Source of the DNA: Lytechinus pictus
Lineage: Eukaryota
Length of the DNA: 64,000 nt
Assembly: GCF_037042905.1 (NCBI RefSeq)
Contig: NC_087251.1
Location: 37,016,001 to 37,080,000 of the forward strand
Direction: 5' to 3'
In this document: positions 24,942-39,900 of the stretch, in pieces
Layout of the letters: each line of letters opens with the position of its first letter
How positions within the stretch are numbered: the stretch's first letter is position 1
Notes under the pieces: model-generated
Seen by the model: the letters and a program-made list of their open reading frames with translations, nothing else
Told to the model about the DNA's origin: nothing
Database searches by the model: none
Program-made: the position numbers and the translations under genes

Positions 24942-27900
24942 GTATACCACTTAGCATTATTTAATCTTTATTCTCTTGGTATATGTCTCGCCTGCATGCA
25001 GAGCGAGAGTATAGGTGCCGCTTTTCCGATGGCGGCCGTCGTCGTCAACATTGAAATCTTAACCTAAGGTTAAGTTTTTGAAATGTTAAAGTATATAGAC
25101 CTAGTTCATAAAAATTGGGTATAAGGGTAACATCCTGCCTGAGTTTCAGGTTACATGACCAAGGTTAAAGGTCATTCGGGGTCAATGAACTTAGACCATG
25201 TTGGGGGGAATCAACATCGAAATCTTAATCTAACGTTAAGTTTTTGAAATGTCATAACTTAAAAATGATATGAACCTAGTTTATGAAACTTGGGTATAAG
25301 GGTAATCAAGTATTATTGAACACCCTGCATGAGTTTCAGGTAACATGATCATTGTCAAATGTAATTTAGGGTCAATGAACTTTGGCCATGTCAGAGTTAT
25401 TTGTTGAATTGCCATAATAACTTTGAAAGTTCATGGATCTAGTTCATGAAACTTGGACATAAAAGAAATCAATATTAATGAGCATTACATGCAAGTTTCA
25501 GGTCACATGATCAAGGTCAAAGGTCATCTAGAGGCAATGAACTTAGACTATGTTAGGTGACTCAAAACAAAATTTTAACTAATGTTAATCTTTTTAATGT
25601 CAAAACTTTGCAAGTATGATATGGATCTAGTTCATAAAACGTAAGTGTAACCAAGTATCAGTGAATATCCTGTATGAGTTTCAGGTCACATGACCAAGGT
25701 CAAAGATCATTTAAGGTCAATGAACTTTAGCCATCATAATTTGAAAGTTTATGGATATAATGTAGTTCATGAAATGTGGACATATGGGTAATCACGTATC
25801 ACTGATCATCTTGCACAATTATTAGGTTACATGATCAAGGTCTAACATCATTTAGGGTCAATGAACATAGCATTTTATTATCATATGAATGGTGTTTTTG
25901 TGAATAATTATTATATATAGTTGTTTTCAAAATCAGCACTGCTGCTAATATTGAATCGCGTAATGCAGGCGAGACTGCCAGAGGCACTCCACACGTTTAA
26001 ATTCATATTACTCCAATGAAACAAGTACTTTTATCTCGTGGATAATGATAATTGCTTCCTTATCATCATTTAATATGGATAGATTATTATGATTGTGTTC
26101 AAGGCAACGGTGTGTCTGAATTATTATGAGTTAACCATCTTTACTTCATATTGCACATTCAACATGTTCTAATTCACATAATGGTAATCTTTTTTATTTT
26201 TTAAATTCTAAATGCTCACTGTTCTGTTAGATGTCTGTCTGTCACCTTTCTATTCAGACACCACTGGGTGTACTCAGTAAGCGTCTGTAAGGAAAGACTA
26301 TGTGTGAGTGTGGGTGTCTGTGTATCTGTATCGCTCTCTCTGTGACTGTATGTGGTTATCTATATGTATCTATCTCTCTGAGTGTGTGAGGGATGTCTGG
26401 GTGGATGTGTGGTGGATATGTGGGTGAATGTGGGTGTCTATGTGTCCTTGTAACTGTCTGTGAGTGTGTGAGGGTAAGTGTAGGGGTACGTGTGGGTTTC
26501 TTGTATTTGTATCTCTCTGTCTGTGAGGGTATGTATGTGTGGAGGTGCAGTGGCCACCAAAAATTTCACTACCAAAAAAAATTGAAGAAAAAAAAGAAAA
26601 GGAAAGGGAAACAGTGAAATATGATAGAATTTTCAGATTGAGACAGTCTACATAATAGCTTTAATCCGCACTTCTTTCTTTATTTATTTTCCTATTAAGC
26701 GCATAGAGACGCCCATGAGCAGTGATATGCGCTATACAAGCAACGTCGTATTATACTGGTTGTTATTATTATTATTATTAAATCTACCACAAATTCAATT
26801 TTGTTGTTTAAAAGGTCATATGTTTGCTCGCTCGCTAGCTTGCAGCTATTTGGACATTTGCCCAATACGCCATGTCCGGCTCCCTCAAAGTCCATTACAC
26901 CATTATACCTTTTTACATCGATCGGCATGTGATCCTTTTTACACCTTTTTACCCTCTTTACTATTCAGGAGGCACCGGTGAGGGCGTCCAACACCTCGGC
27001 GCTGAAGGAGACATCCCCAACAGACAGAACCCGATCCCTGAGGTATCCAGTCAGTATGACAATCCTCCCAACCCTTGCCCTCCCGGTGGAGATCTCGCAG
27101 GTATTTATCAATTCAATATTTTTTTTCCTAAATACGGTATTAGGTACAGGCCTTAGTACCATCACCTGCCATATACAGTGCTGGAATAAATCTATTAAAG
27201 TCCATGGCTCCCGATGTCCTCAGAATTGGCCTTGATGGCCTTCCACATATACGTACGTAGACTTTTACAGGCCAAAAGTGCATGCCATTTTTGCATGTGG
27301 CCTGCAGTAATCCAGTGCATGAGTCACATTTAAAAGTACATTAATTTTTATGTGATGAAAATAAACTTATATGTTACTGCTGTAAATACGTTAGACTGTC
27401 ATTATTATTTTCATCTTTTGGACAATGCGCTCATGTCAAGGGAATGAAGTTTATTAATAATATTAAATTCACTACACTAGTGAGCACCGCATTCCGTTTC
27501 CTTTATGCACTTCGGTGCCCTTTCTAAAAAAAAATAGCATTACCCCTTTTAATTCTTCATTCGGGCTCTGCATATTATCGTTGATTTTTGGTAAATTAAC
27601 GTTCTTTGTTGCTGCGTTTTGTCCTGAATCATCCAAATGTGGACGTAGGATGTCGGTATAAAGGGCGGTTGCTTCTGTCTACTTTTTCAAAATCATGTAC
27701 CTTTAAGTCAAATAAAAACTCAATTCATTACGTGCCATAAAATAGGAGGATATAGGCCTAAGCGAGGGTATACAATATTCGTGTTTTGGTTCTATACGTG
27801 TAATGTATTCACATCTACTATAGATGTTTAGATTGCTATTGATACAAGTGGATAAATTCCCGGACAGGGTTAATGTTACTTTATTTTATTTCATGAAAGC

Positions 27901-30900
27901 AAACGGTGAATCAATCACGAGTAAAACGAATATCAAGTCCGATTCCTCATAACATAGACATGTGCGTGTTTACTTACGTTCAAACAGAGCGTGGGCCCAG
28001 TCTTTTTTTTTCTTTCTTTTTTTAGATGGTAGGGTGAGGCCGAAATCTCCTATCCCTCCCCTTACCCTTTTGAATTTGATTGTGGATAAATTACACTGTA
28101 GATTTACAATTTAACCCCAGAGACGATACCATGATTAGCATACCTTATAATAAAACATTTGTTGTGACATTGTTCTACATTGATAACACGGAAAAGGGTA
28201 TATGGTGTAACAAATTAATACATGGGTATTGTTTTGAGTCATATTTTCTCCATTTTCAGGAAAGAAACCGGTGGAGTCTAAGGTTCATGATCTGATCTGT
28301 GCTTGCGAGGAGGGGTGGGATCTCAAAGAACGCCGAGATTGTTCTGCAGGTATAAACAAAACATTACTCGATATAATATCTTAGGAGGTGTTGCAAGAAA
28401 ATGTTTGCAATCAATCTGCAAATATTCTGTTCCAATTTTACAATTGATAGATCAATTCTAACTGTGGCAAAATCAGATTACAAGAAGCAGATTAAAAATC
28501 AATCGCAATTTCGCAATTAATTTCAAAACTTATGATTGATTTAGGGACCGAAAATAGACTTACAATTGATCACAAATTTCTTGCAACGCCCCATTAGTCA
28601 GATTTGATTTACCTCATATACACCAACGAAACCGACTCCCAATCGATCGACGATCTGCCATTCGATATAACGTTATAGCTTTGATCTGTTTGGGGTCGGT
28701 TCCCGCTGAAGACAGAATGAGCCAACATTAATTAATATCTAAAGGAAAGAAAAAGTTTTAAAAAAATAAAGTTTCAGAAAAGGGCATTCTAAGGTCGGGT
28801 ACACTTTATCAGACGCTTTTTGTCTCGCCTGCATAGCAGAGCGAGACTATATGCGCCGCTTTTCCGACGGCGACGGCGGCGGCGACGTCGTCAACATAGA
28901 AATCTTAACCAAGGTTAAGTTTTTGAAAGGTCATCATAACTTAGAAAGTTATGGACCTAGTTCATGAAACTTGGACATAAGGGTAATCAAATATTACTGA
29001 ACATCCTGCCTGAGTTTCAGGTCACATGACCAAGGTCAAAGGTCATTTAAGGTCAATGAACTTAGACCATGTTGGGGGAATCAATATCAAAATCTTAACC
29101 AAGGTTAAGTTTTTTAAATGTTGTCATAACTTAAAAAGTTTATGGACCTAGTTCATAAAACTTAGACATAAGGGTAATAGTGTCTCACCATATATCCTGC
29201 TTGAGTTTCACGTCACATGATTAATGTCAAAGGTCACTTAGGGTCAACAAACTTTGGCCATGTTGGGGTTATTTGAGGAATTGTCATTATAACTTTACAA
29301 TTTTAAGGATCTAGTTCATGACACTTGGACTTAAGAGCAACCATGTATCCCTGAATATCATGTGCGAGTGTCAGGTCACATGACCAAGATCAAAGGTCAC
29401 TTAGGGTCAACAAACTTTGGCCATATTGGGGGTATATGAGGAATAGTCATCATAACTTTGAAATTTTATGGATCTAGTTCATGACACTTGGACATAAGAG
29501 CAATCAAGTATCCTTGAATATCCTGTGCTAATTTCAGGTCACATGACCAAGGTTAAAGGTCATTTAGGGTCAACAAACTTTGGTAATTTTGGGGGTATTT
29601 GTGGAATTGTCATCATAACTTTAAAAGTCTATGGATTTAGTTCATGAAACTTGGACATAAGAGCAGCAGTGTATCCCTGAATACCCTGTGTGTGTTTCAG
29701 GAACATGGCCAAGGTCAAAGGTCATTTAAAGGTCAATTAACTCTGGCCGTGTTGGGAGTATGTGTTGAATTGGCATCATAACTTAGGAAGTTTATGGTAC
29801 TTGCTCATGAAACATCGACATAAGGGTAATCAAGTATGAATGATAGTTTTGCACAATCCTTAGGTCACATGATCATGGTCAAAGTTCATTTTGGGTCAAT
29901 GGACATAACATTTTATTATCTTATTAATGTTTTCTTCTGTGAATAATTATTCATTAGCTGTTTTTTCAAAGGAAGCACTGCTGCTATATCGAATTGCGTA
30001 ATGCAGGCGAGACTGCCAGAGGCATTCCACTTGTTTAATATTCCCAGTCAAATATAAGCATGATCGGGTCCAATAATTGACCCGATGTTTAGTGAAAACT
30101 GTAAGCCAAATATACGAAGGGTCGGGATAAGTGGACTCGACCTTTCGATAATTTGGGAGACCCTTTTCTCGAATGGTCGGGTTTAAAAGATTGCCCGGCC
30201 TGACACGATATACCGATGTGACGGAACAAGCCGATATGATTTCTTTCACTAAAAAAAAAATGATCTCAACTTGAACTAAAGATAGACTTCGTATTTAATA
30301 ATGTATGGAAAACATACAGCTTTAATCGATTTACTGTAGGGAGGACGTTTCTTAAACAAAATCTCGAAAAGTAAAAAAAATAAATAAAAAAGTTTCAATT
30401 CATCGATAGATTTTAGTTTTAAATGTTATGCATCATTCAAAAATTCAAGAATAAAATCCTTCACATAATATTAGGGTGTAATACCGAAACTCTTGAATAA
30501 TTTTTGGACGCATTTGAGACCTATATGGAAGAGTATGAATAAGTTTTCGGAAATGTAAGAGATAAAACAGTTATGTTACTAATCTAACGTAAATAACAAT
30601 TAATTAATTTTGTTCACTGATTTGGTTTCTTGATTATACTAGCTCCAAAGTGTTGCATGCCAAACATGCCGAATGATTCGGAGTTTGTGAACCAATATCA
30701 GCTGACTGAACGGGCCATAAAGAACCAACAACTCTACTCTCAAACAAGGGTATGTGATTATAAAGATGATGACGATGATGATGATAACCATAGGCGGCGG
30801 AAGCGGGGGGACGGGGGGTCCTGTCCCCCCTGAATTTGAGGTGGGGACGCCCCCCTACAATTTCTGTTGATTTTTTTTTTGGCTTGTCAATTTTGTTTCC

Positions 30901-33900
30901 TGCGTCCCCACCAAATTCAGGTGGACCCCCCTAAAATTGTTGTGGCCCCCCCCCTAAATTTGTTTTGCTTGTCCAATTTTTATACTGTGTCCATCCCTAA
31001 ATTTCAGGTGGACCCCCCCCTAATTTTTTTGGCTTCCGCCGCCAATGATGATAACAGTGTCGAGGTGAAGACAATGATAACTGATGATAACTAACAACAA
31101 TGATCATGATGCTATCGATAAGGACGATTATGAACATAATATTAACTGTGATATTTTAGATGAATGTCTTGATAATTTGTAGATGAATAACAACACGAAA
31201 AAGTAAATTCCCTTAAATCAAAATGGAAAAAAATTCCCAACGAAAATGTGTTGATTAAAACGGTGCGGAATTACTTGATCGTCTAATTTCATTTTTTGGC
31301 AGTCGTTATTAGATAAATTTTGCTAAGAAACCTTAGCTGAGAAGTTACGCCATTTTGATCTGAGAACTTTCATTTTGTGTTTAAACATGAAAGGTTTATT
31401 TAGTACATATTATATCTATAGAAATAAAGCCCTTTATAAAATGGATCCTAATCAAATGATTTGCTAAGATCTGTCGCGTAAGTTGGCGTAACCGATCATT
31501 TATTTTAGCGAAAATGAAAAGTTGCTTATGACCGGTCATCGTTTTGGGCTGAAAATTGTTTATCATATTACAAGGAGAGTTATGAATTACAATTTACTAA
31601 CTAACTTATAAAACAAATAAAACACATAATTTTGTTTGGGAATAAAAATATTTAAACAAATTTGTTACCTTTGAAACAGTCTAACTCGGTTTTGCCTTGG
31701 GCGTGTTAGAACAGGTCTCGAAGTACCTCGTTAATTTACTTTGTCTATTTCGTACTAATGCCCTCGATGATGTGTATTATTAATTTATTATTCCATCTTT
31801 GTTTGTCCGAAAGTTATCTCAATGTCGTCATACCCCAATCTTTATCCGGGCATTAGTTGATTTATCTAGCTAATCGGATGGTCCTTCACGTCATGACAGA
31901 TTCAAAGTGTAATTAAACCGGCAAAAAGACATTGATTTTCGATGTTTTTTTTTCATTTTTCAGAATAAGTATTCTACGGGAGTTAAGCGCTCAGACCATA
32001 TGGCTAAGAAGAGTCCAGTATACAAGAGGGTAGGTATAATTCTGTCAGATAGTATCAAAGATGTTATCAATGGACTTTTATAGTAATCAAAATTTACCAT
32101 CATTAATATTATGATTTGTTAAGTATAGGTAGGTATAATTCCTTCAGATTATTATCAAAGGTGTTATCAATAGACTGCAAGTAATATATTATGATCATTA
32201 TCATTATTATGATTTGTTAGGTATAGGTATATATGTATAATTCCTTCATATACTATCAAAGATGTTATAAATAGACTATTAGTAATCAAATATTATCATC
32301 ATTATCATTATTATTATGTTACTATCACGATCGATATTACTACTATAGCTGTTATTGTTGTGTTTGTTATTAATTATTATTAAAATTAAAGCTATTCAAT
32401 CACTATTATTAATATTGTAATTACAATTAGTAGTAGTAGTAAATAATAATAATAATAATACATGAAATTTGTATAGCGCACTTTCCATCTTGATTAGATG
32501 CTCAAGGCGCTTCAGAGCAGAACAACAAAAACTATATACATATAATACATGTCTGAACAATAAGTCAATGTCTATTAAAAACACTCTTATACAGGTATGT
32601 AAAAGTGTTTTATGATCCTAATTATCACATTTACTACTACTACTATCATCATCATTACTATTAGGAGTGGGCTATATACATGGGTCAAAAATACTTTTTT
32701 GTCAATTTAATATGGCAACAGTTTTTAACTATTCCTTGTAATGTATCTCAACATGAAATGACAATATTTTTTTTCTCGGGTCCGAGAAAAAAGTGTGCCG
32801 GGCCAAAATCCAAAATGGCCGCCAAACCCCCCCCCCCAAATCACAGTTTTGGCCACAACTTCTTTATTTGGTGGTCGTTTTCTCTGGTTTTGGTGTCTAT
32901 TCATATGTTTTTGGGGGCAGGCAATCTGTTTTACCTGAAATTAATACTTAAAAAACATTATTTGTAGTGTTAAAGGGTTATTTTACCTAAATTTACACAT
33001 TTTTAGACCCATTTTTTGTATGAGGCGCCGAATGTACCAATATTATATAGAACAATTATTTGTTATATAATCATTATTTATTAAATAATAACTATTATTT
33101 ATATATAATTTACATTTTATTTGTAAATAACTACTATTATATAAAATATCATTTCTAATTATTTATATATAATTCCAAGTAATACTTCATTATTTGTAAA
33201 TAATAATAGTTCGACATTCCATTATTTATAAATAATGATTATTTGTTTTTCATTATTTATAAATAATGATTATTTGTTTTTCATTATTTACAAATAATGA
33301 TCTTTTGTTTTTCATTATTTATAAATAATGATAATTTGTTTTTCATTATTTATAAATAATGATTATTTGTTTTTCATTATTTACAAATAATGATTATTTG
33401 TTTTTCATTATTTATAAATAATGATTATTTGTTTTTCATTATTTATAAATAATGATTATTTGTTTTTCATTATTTATAAATAATGATAATTTGTTTTTCA
33501 TTATTTACAAATAATTTGTTGAGTTTTCCATTATTTATAAATAATGATTATTTGTTTTTCATTATTTATAAATAATGATTATTTGTTTTTCATTATTTAC
33601 AAATAATGATTATTTGTTTTTCATTATTTATAAATAATGATTATTTGTTTTTCATTATTTATAAATAATTTGTTGAGTTTTCCATTATTTATAAATAATG
33701 ATTATTTGTTAAATAATGAAAACGTCTACTTCATTATTTATAAATAATTTTTTCGAGTGCACCATTATTCTCATTATTTATAAATAATCATTATTTAATG
33801 TTCGAGTTTTCCATTATTTATAAATAAAGATTATTTGTTAAATAATGAAATATCTACTTCATTATTTATAAATAATAATTTTGTTTCAATATCCCATTAT

Positions 33901-36900
33901 TTATAAATAATCATTATTTATAAACAATTTTTACAGTTTGCCATTATATACAAATAATCATTATTTATATACAAATAACCATTATTTATTAAATAATGCC
34001 ATTATTTATTAAATAATGCCATTATTTATTAAATAATGCCATTATTTATTAAATAATGCCATTATTTATTAAATAATGCCATTATTTATTAAATAATGGA
34101 AAACTCGCTATAACATGCAAATGTGGGACCGCCCATGATATGAATATTCATGATGCGATTTCCTTTTTCGTGATTTTTCTTCACAAATTTTTGTCCATTT
34201 CCTCTTCATAATGACATTTCTTGAAGCAATTTTCTAGGGATATGGTCTGATTGTAATATTCTTCATTTTCTATAAACTTCGTCTTCGTAGAAATATCAAA
34301 AAGTGTAATTTTATACGATTTTTCCTACAGTTCACAATCCCCATAGGCGCGCGTGTACGGTAGGGACAACCGGTGAATCGACGGAGTGCTCTTCATCGAA
34401 ATACTACGTTGGTTGGTCCCCGGAAGTGGCGGGCGGAATTTAGCCCGAATCCTCGATGGAAGTCGATCAAGTGCATATGAGCTGAGAGAGTGAAATATCA
34501 GTGTACTTGTACAGGCCCTTCTACTTTTTATAAATATTTCTTGTTGCTTTTTTTGTTAAGTTAATTTTTCCTGGTGTAATGATAAGTTTCAGTTCTAATA
34601 ATGCACTTCAAATACATTTTGGAGTGTCTGTTTGAGGCGTTTGGGGCGATTTCACCCTGGCCCCAAAATGCTCGCAACGACAATACGGGGGCATGATGAC
34701 CCCTAATTTTTTAAAAACTTATTTTTCTATTGAAAATTATCACAAAATTCACCAAAAGTGTGCACGAAAGCCTTCGTATTTGACTTTTAAAACTCCAAAA
34801 AGTGCCCAAATGACAAGCTTGGTCGCTTCGCTGTGTCGCTTTCAACTTGAGAACGTTTACGCGTCTGCTTCCCCCCCCCCCCCCCCCTCCTCCGAAAGAA
34901 ATTCTGTATACGGCCATGCTCTAAAGAGCCTGGCACATTGATTTATGTATACTTTCATTTTCATTATTTTTATCTCATTATCAATATGGCCTTACGCAGA
35001 ATTTTTTCCAGGGGGGCCGGGGCCGGAGCATATGACGCGCGTAAACTTTCTCAAAAAAATCTAGTTGAAAGCGAGACAGCCACGGGACCAAGCCCAAATG
35101 ACAAGCTTATGGTCGCTTCGCTGTCTCGATCGCTTTCAACTTGAGAACGTTTACGCGCGTCTGCCCCCACCCCCCGAAAGAAATTCTGTGAACGGCCATG
35201 CTCAAGAGAGCATATGGCACATTGATTTATATGTACTTTTCATTTTCATTATTTTTATCACATTATCATCATGGCCTTACACAGAATTTTTACCGGGGGG
35301 GGGGGGGAGCAGCTAGGACGCGCATAAAGTTTCTCAAAAAAATCTTGAAAGCGAGACAGCGACGCGACCAAGCTCAAATGACAAGCTTGGTCGCTTCGCT
35401 TTTTCAAGATTTTTATGAGAAAGTTTACGCGCGTCCTGCTCCCCCCACCCCCCCCCCCGGAAAAAATTCTGCGTAAGGCCATGATGATAATGAGATAAAA
35501 ATAATGAAAATGAAGTATACATAAATCAATGTGCCATATGCTCTTTTGAGCATGGCCGTTCACAGAATTTCTTTCGGGGGGTGGGGGCAGACGCGCGTAA
35601 ACGTTCTCAAGTTGAAAGCGATCGAGACAGCGAAGCGACCATAAGCTTGTCATTTGGGCTTGGTCCCGTGGCTGTCTCGCTTTCAACTAGATTTTTTTGA
35701 GAAAGTTTACGCGCGTCCTGCTCCCCCCACCCCCCCCCCCCCCGGAAAAAATTCTGCGTAAGGCCATGATGATAATGAGATAAAAATAATGAAAATGAAG
35801 TATACATAAATCAATGTGCCATATGCTCTTTTGAGCATGGCCGTTCACAGAATTTCTTTCGGGGGGTGGGGGCAGACGCGCGTAAACGTTCTCAAGTTGA
35901 AAGCGAGACAGCGAAGCGACCAATTAAGCTTGTCATTTGGGCTTGGTCCCGTGGCTGTCTCGCTTTCAAGATTTTTTTGAGAAAGTTTACGCGCGTCATG
36001 CTCCAGCCCCGGCCCCCCGGGAAAAAATTCTGCGTAAGGCCATATTGATAATGAGATAAAAATAATGAAAATGAAAGTATACATAAATCAATGTGCCAGG
36101 CTCTTTAGAGCATGGCCGTATACAGAATTTCTTTCGGAGGAGGGGGGGGGGGGAAGCAGACGCGTAAACGTTCTCAAGTTGAAAGCGACACAGCGAAGCG
36201 ACCAAGCTTGTCATTTGGGCACTTTTTGGAGTTTTAAAAGTGAAATACGAAGGCTTTCGTGCACACTTTTGGTGAATTTTGTGATAATTTTCAATAGAAA
36301 AATAAGTTTTTAAAAAATTAGGGGTCATCATGCCCCCGTATTGTCGTTGCGAGCATTTTGGGGCCAGGGTGAAATCGCCCCAAACGCCTCAAACAGACAC
36401 TCCAAAATGTATTTGAAGTGCATTATTAGAACTGAAACTTATCATTACACCAGGAAAAATTAACTTAACAAAAAAAGCAACAAGAAATATTTATAAAAAG
36501 TAGAAGGGCCTGTACAAGTACACTGATATTTCACTCTCTCAGCTCATATGCACTTGATCGACTTCCATCGAGGATTCGGGCTAAATTCCGCCCGCCACTT
36601 CCAGGGACCAACCAACGTAGTATTTCGATGAAGAGCACTCCGTCGATTCACCGGTTGTCCCTACCGTACACGCGCGCCTATGGGGATTGTGAACTGTAGG
36701 AAAAATCGTATAAAATTACACTTTTTGATATTTCTACGAAGACGAAGTTTATAGAAAATGAAGAATATTACAATCAGACCATATCCCTAGAAAATTGCTT
36801 CAAGAAATGTCATTATGAAGAGGAAATGGACAAAAATTTGTGAAGAAAAATCACGAAAAAGGAAATCGCATCATGAATATTCATATCATGGGCGGTCCCA

Positions 36901-39900
36901 CATTTGCATGTTATAGCGAGTTTTCCATTATTTAATAAATAATGGCATTATTTAATAAATAATGGCATTATTTAATAAATAATGGCATTATTTAATAAAT
37001 AATGGTTATTTGTATATAAATAATGATTATTTGTATATAATGGCAAACTGTAAAAATTGTTTATAAATAATGATTATTTATAAATAATGGGATATTGAAA
37101 CAAAATTATTATTTATAAATAATGAAGTAGATATTTCATTATTTAACAAATAATCTTTATTTATAGATAATGGAAAACTCGAACATTAAATAATGATTAT
37201 TTATAAATAATGAGAATAATGGTGCACTCGAAAAAATTATTTATAAATAATGAAGTAGACGTTTTCATTATTTAACAAATAATCATTATTTATAAATAAT
37301 GGAAAACTCAACAAATTATTTATAAATAATGAAAAACAAATAATCATTATTTATAAATAATGAAAAACAAATAATCATTATTTGTAAATAATGAAAAACA
37401 AATTATCATTATTTATAAATAATGAAAAACAAATAATCATTATTTATAAATAATGAAAAACAAATAATCATTATTTATAAATAATGAAAAACAAATAATC
37501 ATTATTTGTAAATAATGAAAAACAAATAATCATTATTTATAAATAATGAAAAACAAATTATCATTATTTATAAATAATGAAAAACAAAAGATCATTATTT
37601 GTAAATAATGAAAAACAAATAATCATTATTTATAAATAATGAAAAACAAATAATCATTATTTATAAATAATGGAATGTCGAACTATTATTATTTACAAAT
37701 AATGAAGTATTACTTGGAATTGTATATAAATAATTAGAAATGATATTTTATATAATAGTAGTTATTTACAAATAAAATGTAAATTATATATAAATAATAG
37801 TTATTATTTAATAAATAATGATTATATAACAAATAATTGTTCTATATAATATTGGTACATTCGGCGCCTCATATTTTTCAGCCAAAAGTTAGGTTTCACT
37901 GTCTTGTGAATCTTGGATATTGGACGATACGAGTTCCACAATAGCAAGTAGTTTCATATAGTTATATTGCTCTTATTCCTCTACTTTGGGTTCTACGGAT
38001 ATTTTCGAAATATATCTTATTAAATACAGAAATGTTATTTATCCATAGGGGCCATACAGTATATGCAATGTATTTTACATACTGCACTGCATACATGTAT
38101 ATCCATACATTGACCACCATGGCAAGGTCTACAGGTAGATCTATATAAACTATAGTGTCATAGAAATGACCTCTTGAATTAGATGCCTCAGAAATTGAAG
38201 ATACTGCATGTTTTGTCTCAGAAATTGAAGACATGTTTTGTCAAATATGCTCATTCAGGGGGCGGAGAGGGGAAAACATCATTGACAATGGAAATATAGT
38301 CAACCCCACATTATGGCATTTACACTGGTTATTCTGCTACCATTATGGTAACTTTGCCATTCAATTGTAAATTGCATGGAATCCTTGATTCTGATTGGCC
38401 GTTGATCAGCGTTACCATGGTAGTTAACTGACAACATAAACATTGGGTTAGACACAACCAGGTAAAAACAAGCCTCCAAATGAAGAAGATACATGTATGG
38501 CTAAACAGATGTGCGTACACGTACATGATGTTTACACTGTATGTGCAATTTATGTTTATCATCGGGTTACATATTTCCATCATGTATATCAGGTAACAAG
38601 CAATCAAAGTCACAAGTCACAATCTAATTCTAAACCTCATGAGCTCACTTCTATGACACTAGTTTATATACAGGACTTGTTATATGTCATGGTGGTCAAT
38701 GCATGGATATATGCAGTGTAGTATGTACAGTACATTGTATACCATACAGCCCCTATGGAAAAATGACATTTTCTTTTATTTGATAAGATATATTTCGCAA
38801 ATATCCGTCAACCCCAATTTAAAGATATAAAAGCTCTATATCTATATGAAGCGTCTTACTACTGGTCAACTGGTATCGTCTAAAGAACCATGACACAATG
38901 AAACCTAATTTTTGGCTGAAAAAGCTACGGTCTAAAAATTAGTAAATTTAAGTAAAATCACATTATAACTCTACAAATAATGGTTTAAAAGTACTAATTT
39001 TAGGAAAAACAAATTGCATGCCCCCAAAACATATGAATAGACACCAAAACCAGAGAAAAGGACCACCAAATAAAGAAGTTGTGGCCAAAACTGTAATTTT
39101 GGGGGTTTTGGCGGCCATTTTGGATTTTGGCCCGGCACACTTTTTCTCGGACCCGAGACAAAAAATATTATCATTTCATGTTGAGATAAGGTAAAAGAAA
39201 TACAAAAAAATTGTTGGCACAGTAAAACCCAAAAACGCCCATTTATAGCCCACTCTTTACTATCAATGTTATAATAATAATAATAATATAGAGTATTTAT
39301 ATTGCGCACATATCCACCTTGTTAGGTGCTCAAGGCGCTCCTATATTATTATTATTCTCATCATCATCATCACTATTTTGGAAACTTGCCCCCTAAATTA
39401 ATAAGCTGAGTTCACAATTTATTTGTACATTTTGTGCAGAAACATTTTAAGTAACACCGGAGAAGTGTTTGCAAGACACGACTGATTTCCTTCAGTGAGT
39501 TCATCAACATTTCTGTCCGACCAACATGTCAGACCTGGCAACTTTCCTTGAGTTTGCTTTGCCGAAAAGCACTGTTACTATGGTAACTGTCGGATAAAAC
39601 AGCACTTGTCGGATAAAACGTCTGACAGGTCTTTCATGAAACGCTCCCTATATGGGTTTCAATCTGTCTTTTCATTTCTTTTCACAGAGCATCAATTCTT
39701 ATCTTCCTGGCAATATGGTGCGACACGTGTCTAAGAAATCTGCCTATCCCATTAGGGTAAGATCATAATGAAATAAGAGATTGGCCATTACATCGGATGA
39801 AATATTGGTTCTAATATTGGAAAGGGGGATTTCCAGCGATGTCTTTGTTTAATGACTTTGTTTTCTACGTATGTAACATATCGGATGATGTCTTTATAGA

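Noticed and set aside
24620..24964. 114-aa ORF as a stand-alone gene
   Set aside because: Only 24734-24941 is exonic; the rest is intron read-through.
34693..36331. Cluster of similar ORFs on both strands
   Set aside because: They arise from the palindromic ~285-bp units and contain no recognisable domain.
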